This document shows positions 34,967 through 46,100 of a DNA stretch of 52,162 nucleotides, one piece after another. Each line of letters opens with the position of its first letter. The first letter of the stretch is position 1. The position numbers and the translations under genes were made by a program. The DNA is from Octopus bimaculoides (Eukaryota), in the NCBI RefSeq assembly GCF_001194135.2, contig NC_068982.1:77271589-77323750 (forward strand). The letters are read 5' to 3'. The notes under the pieces are model-generated. The model had not been told where the DNA came from and searched no databases. It was given only the letters and a program-made list of their open reading frames with translations.

Positions 34967-36226
34967 CAAAGGTGGGCACCGTTAATCAAAGGTGGGAAAA
35001 GTTAACTTCGTTAACCGTTAATCCGTTATCGAAAAGGAAATCTTCGATAACTGTTAATTTGGTTATTCTTTTAAAATGTAACGCAAGTTATCGATAAACC
35101 GTTAACGTTAATTTTTATTATAGAAAAAAGCAAAAAAATCAGTTTTTGCTCTAAAAACACCTAAAAACACCTTTAAAAAGTGCCAAAACTATAAAATCAA
35201 CCTTTTTTTTTTTGCTTTAGAGTTAAAAGATGCTAATTTTATAGTTTTAACTTTTAAAAGACCCAAAAAGGGCTGATTTTAATAGTTTTTGCCCGCTTTT
35301 ATGTTTCTAAAGGCTTTTAGAGCCATGAAAGGACACCCCACCCCACCAAATGAAACAAAATGTTAGTATTAAACTAAAAAAAGTTTATTGATAGAGTGGT
35401 TGAAAAAAAAAATCGACAAAATGAAAAACATGATATATACATAATTTAATTTTTCCTTTTCTTCTTGTTCTCCATTTTGTTCATGAGATGCACATTGCCC
35501 TTCATGAAAATTAGCATGTCAAAGTTTTCATCAGACAGGGATGATCTCTTGGCCCTCAAGAACCCCTTGCCCATAGAGAACAAACGCTCCATTGCAGCAC
35601 TGGAGGGGATGGTTGTGTTGAACTTGATGAACAAGTCAACCAACACTTGCTCACCTTAGAAGGCAGCATCTGTCAGCAAGTCCTTGGAGTCGGTCTCCAT
35701 TCACGTTTTGACCAAATTTTGGGCCTTGTCCTTGAGTGACCTGTGAATCCAGCTGCTCTCTTTTGGCTGGGTGACACCACCGAAGAAGTCCTCCTCCTCG
35801 TTGTTGCTAATTCCACTGTTGCTGCTCACTTCGTCAAACTGCTGCCTCATGGCCTCCTCGACCTGACCCTCTATACTTTTCTTCACCTTGGCGACCTTGG
35901 TGTTGTCATACTTATCCAACCAGACGAGGCGAAACCTGGGGTGCAAGGCAGCAACCAGCTGGCATTCCTCATCCTCCAGGAGGGTCCTAAACATTTTGTC
36001 GATGCCTGCCAAAAGTGCGTCGGCCAAGGGGCTGCAGTAGACGAAGCCCTTGGTCTTCAAGTTCTTGAGCCTAAAGGTCGTCGCAGCAACTTGAGTTAAC
36101 GGAAGTTAAATGTAACAGAAACTAATTAGTCCGATAATGATTTCCAAAGTTAACTTAAAAGTTAAATCGTTAACGAAAATATTAACTTCGTTAATTGATG
36201 GATTAACGGTTTGGTGCTCAGGTTTG
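34967..36226 (-). mobile_element. Internally deleted hAT-superfamily DNA transposon
   Basis: Imperfect termini CAAAGGTGGGCACC and the reverse complement CAAACCTGAGCACC; dense subterminal GTTAAC/CGTTAA repeats at both ends; flanks ATATATAT and ATATCTCT as a possible degraded 8-bp TSD; transposase C-terminus inside. Confidence 0.85.
35446..36099 (-). pseudogene. hAT transposase C-terminal remnant including dimerisation domain
   Basis: A single frame joins ORFs 35701-36060 and 35446-35646 through two stops (TGA 35701-03, TAA 35656-58): AALHPRFRL..NTTIPSSAAMERLFSMGKGFLRAKRSSLSDENFDMLIFMK. Confidence 0.9.
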
Positions 36227-36227
36227 A

Positions 36228-36266
<39 letters not shown>

Positions 36267-37499
36267 NNNNNNNNNNNNNNNNNNNNNNNNNNNNNNNNNN
36301 NNNNNNNNNNNNNNNNNNNNNNNNNNNNNNNNNNNNNNNNNNNNNNNNNNNNNNNNNNNNNNNNNNNNNNNNNNNNNNATATATATATATATATATATAT
36401 ATATATACTCCCTCTCCTCTTTTTTCTCTGTCTCAGTGATTCTTTCTCTGTGTGCAAGTGTAACGTTCATTTACTCATTGCTTGCTACCAAGCTTTGTAT
36501 GCGCACTCATCCAGCATGACTTATGTTTACTCTCCTAGTATATCTCTCTTTACCCTCTCTCTCTCTCTCTGTACGATGTAAAACGTGACTGGTGATTATC
36601 AACCAACATTTATATCAACTACTAATATATAGATAAAATATAGAGATATACAGTAAACAGTAACTAGAAACAACGGAAATGAATGAACGTCCATCGTTTT
36701 AAATAAACTGCTACGAATTCAGAAATGATAGTTTTTTGACTAACATGACAAATTCATTACTCGAATCCTTGACATATCTACCAATTTGGTGCCATATTGT
36801 GAATATATAACATTCACCTAACATGACAAACGAAAGGTCAGTCGCTCCTATTTTGCTCTTTGTACTACCAGAAATTTCAGGGAATTATTTTACCTTGATC
36901 AGCTCAAAGTCCTTGTCAACTCCATGGTGATTTCCGAAATGGACAATTATAATTTGCTTCTTCTGGTTCCAGTTTTCCCCGGAGCACTACCAGAAGATTC
37001 AGAGCTTGACAACATTGTGTTTTTCATGATTTTTTTCATGAGTTAAGGTCTTTTCACTGCTTGTCTACCAACCACAAGTCTCTCTCTCTCTCTCAGAAAC
37101 ACACACACAGAGAAATGTCGTTCTCGATGTTTGCTTCGCCCCTATACATGTCTGTTTTTAACACATGAAGTCCATGAAGAAATTTTATCTCTCACAGTTT
37201 CATAGCATCATACCATATAATGGTGTGTATACTTTTAGTTTTTCATAAACCGATGTCGATTTTAATTTCATGTTGTTTCGTTAGCGTCCATCATTTTTTT
37301 TTATAAACACACACACAATATATGTGTGTGTGTGTGTGTGCACAATATTAAATTGAGATTATTTCAAAGATAGTTTAAGATCAACAACGGAAGATTTACT
37401 GATGGAGGGAGTCAATATCGAGAGTAGTCAAATTTATTATAAAGTTACATCTATCTATCTATCTACGTCAGAATGACTGGGGAGATAAAGGCATTTTGT

Positions 37500-37890
37500 A
37501 AATGACCACAAAATGTAGTTGCTCGATCTGTTAGAAATAGCAATTAAATCTGCCTTCAATCACACGTCATCGTCTTTGTAAAGAACATATCAGATCACAT
37601 GATTCTAGATTTTCCTGCACATAGGTAAAAGGCAAGTGGAACTGTTTCGATCATAGGTCACCTCGAGTAGAACTAATCTGGAACTAAACAACAATATGGG
37701 AACATGTCTATAGTTACTTGACCTCCTGGATAAAGCAACTAAATTCCCCCTCAAATCGGACCGGATCGTCTTATATAAGAGAAGGACAAATAAAATTATG
37801 TAGCCCTTGACATACCTCTAAAGAGAGGATGTTGTCTTTCGTCATAGGTCTGCCTATTCGTAGCTCATCCAGGGCTAAGTAAAACCAGCA
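37500..37890 (-). mobile_element. Two degenerate copies of repeat family C
   Basis: TAGAAATAGC..AAATC and ATCATAGGTC..CTAAACAACAA motifs occur twice. Confidence 0.55.
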
Positions 37891-38034
37891 ACAACGACAA
37901 GAACACCTGGTCCGTCGAAGAAGTAAATACCTATGACACATTTGACCTCACCACTTCCTTAAAACTGTTAATAATATTTTTTTATTATACATAAGAAAAA
38001 TATGGTGGGTGGCTGTCCTGTTCGAGTGCTATCG

Positions 38035-38850
38035 AATTAAAATTCTTTGCGTTCAGGGTTCAAATCCTGCCGTGGTTAACTTTCGGGGTCGGAAAATAAA
38101 TTAATAGTCAAGTACTGGGATCAATAGAATTGGCTAAACACCTCTTTTGAAAAATTGCTGAACTTGTGCCTAAATTCGAAACAATTATTTAATGGTGGTG
38201 GCTTGGCACAAGTGTTCAGTGCCACAAAATATACTTTGCAAGATTAGTTCCGACTAGTTCGGTGAACTGGCAGAATCAATTGCATGCATGGCAAATGCTT
38301 AGCGGCGTTTCGACTGTCTTTATGTTCTGAGTTCAAATTCTATCGCGGTCGACTTTGCCTTTCATCTTTTCAGGGTCGATGAAATAAGTACCAGTGGTGT
38401 ACTGTGGTTGATGTAATCGACTAGCCTCTCCCTTCTCCCAAAATTCCAGGCCTTGCGCCTATATTAGAAAGGAATATTAGTTCTGAATTTAAATCTCATC
38501 GAGGTTGATTTTGCTTTTCGGAGGTCGATAAAATAAAATATTGAGGGGCGATGGTATGGACTAGCCCTAACCTCCAGCATTTAGACGGTAGATGATAGAA
38601 ATATTTAAGTGGCATGTATTTGCGGTCCTGTATGATCTGAGTTCAATCACAGCTTTGCCTTTCATAGATCCGGATGTCAAATACTGGGGTTAATTTAATC
38701 GATTAACCCTCTCCTCACAAATTTCAGGTTTTGCACCTTTGTCAGACACAACTATTCTTTCCAAATGAAAAGTTCAGTGAGCAGTATTTAGATAGAATCT
38801 TTTATGTTCTGAGTTCAAATCCTGCCGAAGCCAACTTGGACATCAGTTCA
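38035..38850 (+). mobile_element. Cluster of about five degenerate SINE family A copies/fragments
   Basis: The TTCTGAGTTCAAAT and GTCGACTTTGCCTTTCATC motifs repeat; the best copy is about 38262-38475. Confidence 0.8.
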
Positions 38851-39383
38851 TCGCAGGATTAACTNNNNNNNNNNNNNNNNNNNNNNNNNNNNNNNNNNNN
38901 NNNNNNNNNNNNNNNNNNNNNNNNNNNNNNNNNNNNNNNNNNNNNNNNNNNNNNNNNNNNNNNNNNNNNNNNNNNNNNNNNNNNNNNNNNNNNNNNNNNN
39001 NNNNNNNNNNNNNNNNNNNNNNNNNNNNNNNNNNNNNNNNNNNNNNNNNNNNNNNNNNNNNNNNNNNNNNNNNNNNNNNNNNNNNNNNNNNNNNNNNNNN
39101 NNNNNNNNNNNNNNNNNNNNNNNNNNNNNNNNNNNNNNNNATTATTGTTACGCACAGAGAAAAATGCTGAGCGGCATTTCGTCTGTCTTCACATTCTTTT
39201 ATTTTCATATATAACATATAAACATGTACAACTTTTAGAACATTGTCATTTTATAAGATTTCGCAGGCAAATTTTTAAATTAACATAAACATTTATTTAC
39301 ATGAAAGAAAATTACCGGAGAACTTTCATCTAATTCTTCCAAATCTTTCTGTTAAAACTGTATTGAAACCATTTGTGGGGAAA

Positions 39384-39990
39384 TTTTTTTTTATCACAGC
39401 AACTGGTCGCACACCACAAGGTTTAACGGAACCTACTGAAGTAAGCCAGCATGCTCGCAGCATTACCACGGGCGATGCGAGGCTAAGGCGTTGGGAAAAC
39501 CAAACGCCCTCACGGGCATGACCTGGCAGCGTTGATAAGCCGCCATCGTTGACAAGAACTTTGCAGTTAGTAGCCCTGTGCCCCCGAACGTCTCAAACGC
39601 CACAGGTCCCGATACTTCAAGGTTTTCTTCCGTTCGGTTACGGAAGTAGTGACCCTCTCATGAACTGCTGCATCCAGGATGTGGGAGGGAACAAAGGAGT
39701 TGCAGACTGCCGTCCCAAATGAGGCACTTACCTCTAACCCAGGGACACCGGGTAAGACCACCTGGTCTCTTTTCATCGCTTCTGGATAACCCCAACTGCT
39801 CCAGAACTGAGGGGATATTAATCCGAGCCATGACCCGCTTAATGATTAGGCTTAGCTGGGTGTGACGAACGAAGTGACAAGCATTTAGGCGGCAAGACAG
39901 ACCGTGAAAACCTGTGGGGTCGAGGGGCCTACCACAGCGGTATCTCAGTCGTCAGCTCCCACTCTGAGTGCGATGGAGATGCTAAGTTCA
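39384..39990 (-). mobile_element. CRE-clade non-LTR retrotransposon 3' fragment (zinc knuckle, restriction-like endonuclease, short poly(A))
   Basis: Minus strand across frameshifts: GFHGLSCRLNA..RHTQLSLIIKR..IPSVLEQLGLSRSDEKRPGGLT..PWVRGKCLIWD..ERKKTLKYRDL..AFETFG..WFSQRLSLA..RGNAASML; A9 at 39384-39392. Confidence 0.82.
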
Positions 39991-40314
39991 TCTAGACTGA
40001 GTAGACTTCCAATGTTCCCCCCGAGGTCGACTTAGCCTTTCATCGTTTCTGGGTTGATGAAATACGTGCAAGTTGAGCAATGCGGACAATGTTATCAACT
40101 AGCTCCTTCAGCCAAAATTTCAAATCTTGAGTCTATAACGGAAAAGATTATTGTGGATAATCTTGCAGTTAGTCAACAGAAATGGTAAAATATCTGGTAT
40201 TACGTTCTGAGTTCAAATCCTTCTAGAGCCCCTTGATTTTACTTTTGCCTCTGTTAGTAGCTGATAAAATAGAATGTATAAATATATATGTGTGTTTGTA
40301 TGTGTGAGCGTGCG

Positions 40315-40525
40315 CGCTTGTGTTTGTCCTCCTCCTCATCACTGGAAACCGGTGTCGGGGTGTTTACGTCCCCATAACTTAGCGGTTCGGCAAAAAGCCC
40401 AATACAATAAGTACCAGGCTCTAAAAAAAAAATACTGGTGTTGATTCGTTGGACTAAAATTCTTCAAGCAGTGCCCCAGTATGGCTGCAGTTCAATAACT
40501 AAAACAAATAAAAGATAAAAGATAT
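40315..40525 (+). mobile_element. SINE family B, 3' half
   Basis: GTGTTTACGTCCCCATAACTTAGCGGTTCGGCAAAA..CCAGTATGGCTGCAG..AAAAGATAAAAGATA. Confidence 0.85.
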
Positions 40526-40717
40526 CTATATATAAATATGGACGTGTATATCTAAAGTATACATTAGTGGTGGGTGGGGAAAAACTCACACTCGCGCACA
40601 TACGAACAAACACATGTGCATGTACATACGTACATGCATAGAGAAACATGCGTTTTTTTTAAATTCTTTTACTTCTAACAGAGGGAAAAGTAAAAAAATA
40701 TGTGTGCGGGTATTTTA

Positions 40718-40912
40718 CAGTAATCCCTCGACTATCGTGGGTGTTACGTTACAAAACACTCTGCGATAGGTGAAAATCCGCGAAGTAGAAATAGTACTGT
40801 ACTGTATATTTTTTTATTTATTATTTTTATAATTTGTATATATTTATTTTATTATAAATGCAAAACAACGCCAAGGAGGAATAATAAACCGCGATATAGC
40901 GAGGAATTACTG
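40718..40912. mobile_element. 195-bp MITE, pogo/Tigger (Tc1/mariner)-like
   Basis: TIRs CAGTAATCCCTCGACTATCG and CGATATAGCGAGGAATTACTG, TA on both flanks, AT-rich centre. Confidence 0.88.
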
Positions 40913-40921
40913 TATATATAT

Positions 40922-41135
40922 ATTCTTTTTACTGGTTTCAAACTTTTGACTGCGGCCATGCTGGAGCACCGCCTTGAAGTGTTTTTGTCGAACAATTTAA
41001 CGCCCCAAGACTTATTTTTAAGCTTAGTACTTATCCTGAACCGCTAAGATACAGGGACGTAAACACACCAACATCGGTTGTCACGCAATGATGCGGAGAC
41101 AAAGACACACGGACATAGATACATACATATATATA
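40922..41135 (-). mobile_element. SINE family B, 3' half
   Basis: GCGGCCATGCTGGAGCACCGCCTT..GAACCGCTAAG..GGGACGTAAACACACC. Confidence 0.85.
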
Positions 41136-42005
41136 TANNNNNNNNNNNNNNNNNNNNNNNNNNNNNNNNNNNNNNNNNNNNNNNNNNNNNNNNNNNNNNN
41201 NNNNNNNNNNNNNNNNNNNNNNNNNNNNNNNNNNNNNNNNNNNNNNNNNNNNNNNNNNNNNNNNNNNNNNNNNNNNNNNNNNNNNNNNNNNNNNNNNNNN
41301 NNNNNNNNNNNNNNNNNNNNNNNNNNNNNNNNNNNNNNNNNNNNNNNNNNNNNNNNNNNNNNNNNNNNNNNNNNNNNNNNNNNNNNNNNNNNNNNNNNNN
41401 NNNNNNNNNNNNNNNNNNNNNNNNNNNNNNNNNNNNNNNNNNNNNNNNNNNNNNNNNNNNNNNNNNNNNNNNNNNNNNNNNNNNNNNNNNNNNNNNNNNN
41501 NNNNNNNNNNNNNNNNNNNNNNNNNNNNNNNNNNNNNNNNNNNNNNNNNNNNNNNNNNNNNNNNNNNNNNNNNNNNNNNNNNNNNNNNNNNNNNNNNNNN
41601 NNNNNNNNNNNNNNNNNNNNNNNNNNNNNNNNNNNNNNNNNNNNNNNNNNNNNNNNNNNNNNNNNNNNNNNNNNNNNNNNNNNNNNNNNNNNNNNNNNNN
41701 NNNNNNNNNNNNNNNNNNNNNNNNNNNNNNNNNNNNNNNNNNNNNNNNNNNNNNNNNNNNNNNNNNNNNNNNNNNNNNNNNNNNNNNNNNNNNNNNNNNN
41801 NNNNNNNNNNNNNNNNNNNNNNNNNNNNNNNNNNNNNNNNNNNNNNNNNNNNNNNNNNNNNNNNNNNNNNNNNNNNNNNNNNNNNNNNNNNNNNNNNNNN
41901 NNNNNNNNNNNNNNNNNNNNNNNNNNNNNNNNNNNNNNTATATATATATATATATATATATATATCCTGTTGCTATTTTGATTATATATATATATATCAA
42001 TCATA

Positions 42006-42055
<50 letters not shown>

Positions 42056-42298
42056 TCAATTGTGTGTGTGTATGTATATATTATATATATACATGCACAC
42101 AGACGTTTTACTGAAACAGACACATTACACCTCGCTATAAAACTGTATGTGTGCGTGTGTGTATATATGTAAATTAGCCACAAAAAGAAAATCTGCACAC
42201 ACGCAACACACTTATAAGCAGGCACCGTCGTGGTCGTCGTCATTATCGTCCTGTTTCTATCTCTGTTGAGCGACGAAAGAGCGTGTGACATATGACAA

Positions 42299-42363
42299 CC
42301 AATCATATTGCAGTATAACTAATTAATATGCAAATGTGAGGGTAAGTCGCTGCTTATATAAAG
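42299..42363 (+). promoter_or_regulatory. Candidate core promoter of the DDIT4-like gene
   Basis: CCAAT 42299-42303, octamer ATGCAAAT 42328-42335, TATATAAAG 42355-42363, in a locally CpG-enriched, non-repeat segment about 590 bp upstream of the ATG. Confidence 0.5.
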
Positions 42364-42944
42364 GCCAGGCTTGGTAGCACGGAGTACAGCCATCATTTAG
42401 AGTGAATGTGAGTGAGAAAGAAAGGCAGAGGCTTACTGTTGTCTACTACCAAAGTAGGTTCGGTAGTGCGTGTGTGGTATTTTGATGATAGTTGTTAGGT
42501 AGATACAAAATATATATTCTATTTATCATTTGCATTCGAGTGGGAAAACGGTTTGAATGATTAACCACCACAGTCGCAAGATTTCTTTTCTGTCTGTTGA
42601 ATGTTCAAACAATTTATTAATTATTCCATCCATATCTACCAGAATCTCTCATCACCGCCCTTTGTCTCTGCAAATCCAGGTTGAAAGTAAAAGAGAAACC
42701 CTTCACTGGACTGAAGAAAGAATTGTCAACGAATCAGCTGTGAAGTGTCTTTCCCTCTAATCAGATACTTAAATTGGTTGCTGTAATCTCTTTTTGTCTA
42801 CTAAGTTTGTGATTAGACAACATAAAAAAAAAACAACAACCTCAAACGAAGAACATCACTCAAACCAAGCCAAAAATCCATCTATATTTCACTCACATTT
42901 ATTATTTATTTTGTGTTATTTCTGTTGTCTAATTTTTGCTTGCG

Positions 42945-43149
42945 ATGAACAAACCCCTCGAGTTACACTCTATGAAGAAAGAACCATTAGTTCCAGCCAA
43001 AATTACCTTGACACTCCAAGACAAACTTGTTCATAAAGCTGGTCAGATCCTTGGTAGTGGTCGAGGATCGAAGAAAGAACGAACACCAGCTATTGTTTCT
43101 TCTGTGATTGAATCTGATTTTGAACGGGACGAGTACGTCTCGCACGCCG
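42945..43149 (+). CDS. DDIT4: DDIT4/REDD1-like protein, coding exon 1 (MNKPLELHSMKKEPLV...ERDEYVSHA)
   Basis: ATG at 42945 with G at -3 and an in-frame TAA upstream at 42930; ends at consensus donor CCG|GTAAGT; phase 1 joins exon 2 in frame. This N-terminal part is not itself recognisably homologous. Confidence 0.72.
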
Positions 43150-46100
43150 GTAAGTTGTCATACATTATTGCATTCCTCTTGCGTTTTAATTATTGTATAA
43201 ATAGTATGTGTGTGTGTATAGAACCATTAATACCTCCCATTTTATGTTTATAATGCTGTCGCTAATAAATAGTTATAATTTATATTATATATACAGGAAA
43301 AAGACACGAACTAATCTTATTGCCCATCTGTAAAAACCTGTCTCGTGATTATACTAACATCTTAGACACATACACATATATATACACACATACACGTATA
43401 TATATACACATACACTTATTCATTTAGAAATAATCTATCCAGTGTGTTGAATTTTCTTCATTATTTGTGCTGTGAACTGAATTCGATTTTATTTTTCAAC
43501 AAAAAGGAAATAGAGCGAGGAAAGATAAAGCTGCTGTAATGTATATAATATATATTGCTGTTTTACGGTAGAAAATCTGCTCGGCTGTCTAAAAATCGAA
43601 TGGCCTTTTATTAGTTCTCTGAATATAAAACAGATATTTCTTCACATGTAATTCATTGATGATTATCTTTGCTAATTATGATTAATAATTTTATTTGAAG
43701 CTATTTCTTTAAATAGAATAATTATATACAATAAGCTACACTGAGAGCGTCAGTATTTTTTTTTTTATATTTCATTCATTTCTCGTTGAACCAGAAGTCT
43801 TATTTTCGACTCCTAGTTTTAAATAGCAATTTATTTAATTTTAGAAAATTTTCATGAACGTATATAGATTAAAATAGATGAATGTTTTGGTATATATTTA
43901 GGGGTAAAGTGGGAGAGGATCTCGTTAAACAGAGTTCATAACATAAATTGTCGGCTTTCGGGTTTTTTTTTTGTTTTTTTTCCGTATGTGATTTGTCATA
44001 AATGTCCTCAAAACCAGGAACGTCGATTTCTGAATAAATTTGAAGCCCCCTGTACCGACTTAAGATAATCGATCGTAAAGAACTATCTATATCACAGCAT
44101 ATAACTGGTATCAATTAGGGTCTTCGTCTCTTCCCCACCAAAATGAATTAGAATCAAATGACAACAGTAAAACACTACGGAGCACGACACCGGCTTTACC
44201 ACTGCACCATATAATCATATGAATTAAAATATATCGGGATATTTGTACTTTCTCTCTCTCTTAAACACCGTCTTCCGACTCTTTTACTCTATCTCTTAGT
44301 TTTTCTCTCTCTCCTATTCTTTAAAAAATTTTCTGTATTTTCCCTATTTTCTTAGTCTCATTTCCTTCTGTACAAATTCCCCATTTTTCACTAAGAATTT
44401 TTTTCTTTTCTCATTTTAAGATTCTCTTCGCAAACGATATTTTCTTCCTCTTCCTTCTTATTTCTCTCTCTTGCTCTCTATGTTCCTCTTTTGCTCTCTT
44501 ACTCTGTCTTTCTCTCAATATATCTTTATCCTCCTTCCTCCCCTTCTCCGTCTCGCTCTCTTTCTCTCTGTTCAGTTCTGCAACCACTTGTCTTTGTTCT
44601 AGATTCTATCAGCTGTACCTTGCTGCTTCCTGCCACCGGCTAACACAAGAAATGTGTTAATTTATGCAGACGAAGCCTCTTCTTTCCAAACCTACATACA
44701 TTACATAAAAATAACAAAAAATTCTACATCTCGTTCTTCAATTACTATTAATATACAATCTATTCTTTTTTGTATAATAGATACTTTTTAAACAAATTTT
44801 TTTCTAGTTTTTTAAAAATAGATTAAATTTTTCCTAAATAAACCAACCAATTTTTCATGTTAATTTTCTGAAGCAATAAACCAAACCTTGTTGCCATCTT
44901 CCATTTGACCCTGTCATGATGTCTTGTAAAAATTATATTTTGCTTAGTTTCTTTTTTCTTCAATTTCTTTTTCGGTATTTGAAATAGAAATATTGAAGCA
45001 AAAAATGTTGGTTTAATCATCTAGGAATTATTTATTTAGAAATGCCACGCTTTGGATAAAATTCTTTGGTTATTCTTTTAAGAGAGTATCGCGTCTACAA
45101 TATTCGGTCATGTCGGTGTTTTTCATATTTTACTGTGATGGAGAGAGGATCTATATATTAAATATATCGATCTACTTAAATAGTATTTAATCAACTATCT
45201 AACATTTTAATATGGCTTATAAAAAATAAAGTAAGAACCCTTTCATCTTCAGCGTTATTTTTACCATTATTGTTATGGTAGTAGAATTTGGTGCAGGCAA
45301 TATCGTAGATTAGCTGGCTATTTTTTTTATTCTGTTATGCAATTAAATATCACCAGCTAAATGTGATTTCGAAACCTGTAGAGATCAGTAAAATTAAGCT
45401 ATCGGGTGTGTGTGTGTGTTGCATTTTATATGTATTATTTATAATTATATAAATGTATTGTACATATTTTATGTATGTACAATGCATTATTGTACGCGAT
45501 ATATATGTAAATATTGTTTTATTATATATCTATGATGTAACATAATACTATAAATATGCATTTTATATTCTGTAAAATATATAAGCAAATCGGTTGTATG
45601 TATTGGGTTTTTCACCTCAATACAAATCACCGTTACTTATGTAGTAGCATCATTATTCTTGAAGCAGACGCCATAACACGGCAATAAGTTCTCGCTACAC
45701 TGTCTGCAATATCTTGCCATTCTTTACTCTGAACTGTAACATTCACCTTGTTAATAAGTTTTGAAAAAAGTATGAAAGTTCAATTTTTTCATAGCTAATC
45801 TTTATTCTTTCGCCCATTTGACAAGCGTATTTTTGACTCCATCATATATGAAAACAAACCTTCACAGTTAACTCTTTATATTGTCGTGTATGCTTAAGAA
45901 TATATGAAGTTTTCTTATATAAAGTAATTATTATAAGTACATGTTGCCGCCACGATCTTATGCGGTGGCTCCATCGGAAAGTAATTGCAATTAAATATCC
46001 TTCAAATTAAACTTTGTATTGGTCAAAAGTGCAGGACCCTAGTACATTACGTCTGGCAGAAGATTAAATATTGTGTTGATTAGGGTTTCGGGTAGACTTG

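Noticed and set aside
36700-37060. Possible coding remnant
   Set aside because: Only short open frames with no recognisable homology.
42270-42480. RCGTG hypoxia-response elements near the promoter
   Set aside because: The GCGTG matches lie in TG-rich context, and a 5-mer is expected by chance many times; no clustered ACGTG with ancillary motif was seen.
43150-43253. Continuation of ORF 42936-43253 past the donor (GKLSYIIAFLL...)
   Set aside because: Follows a consensus GTAAGT donor and is low-complexity intronic sequence.
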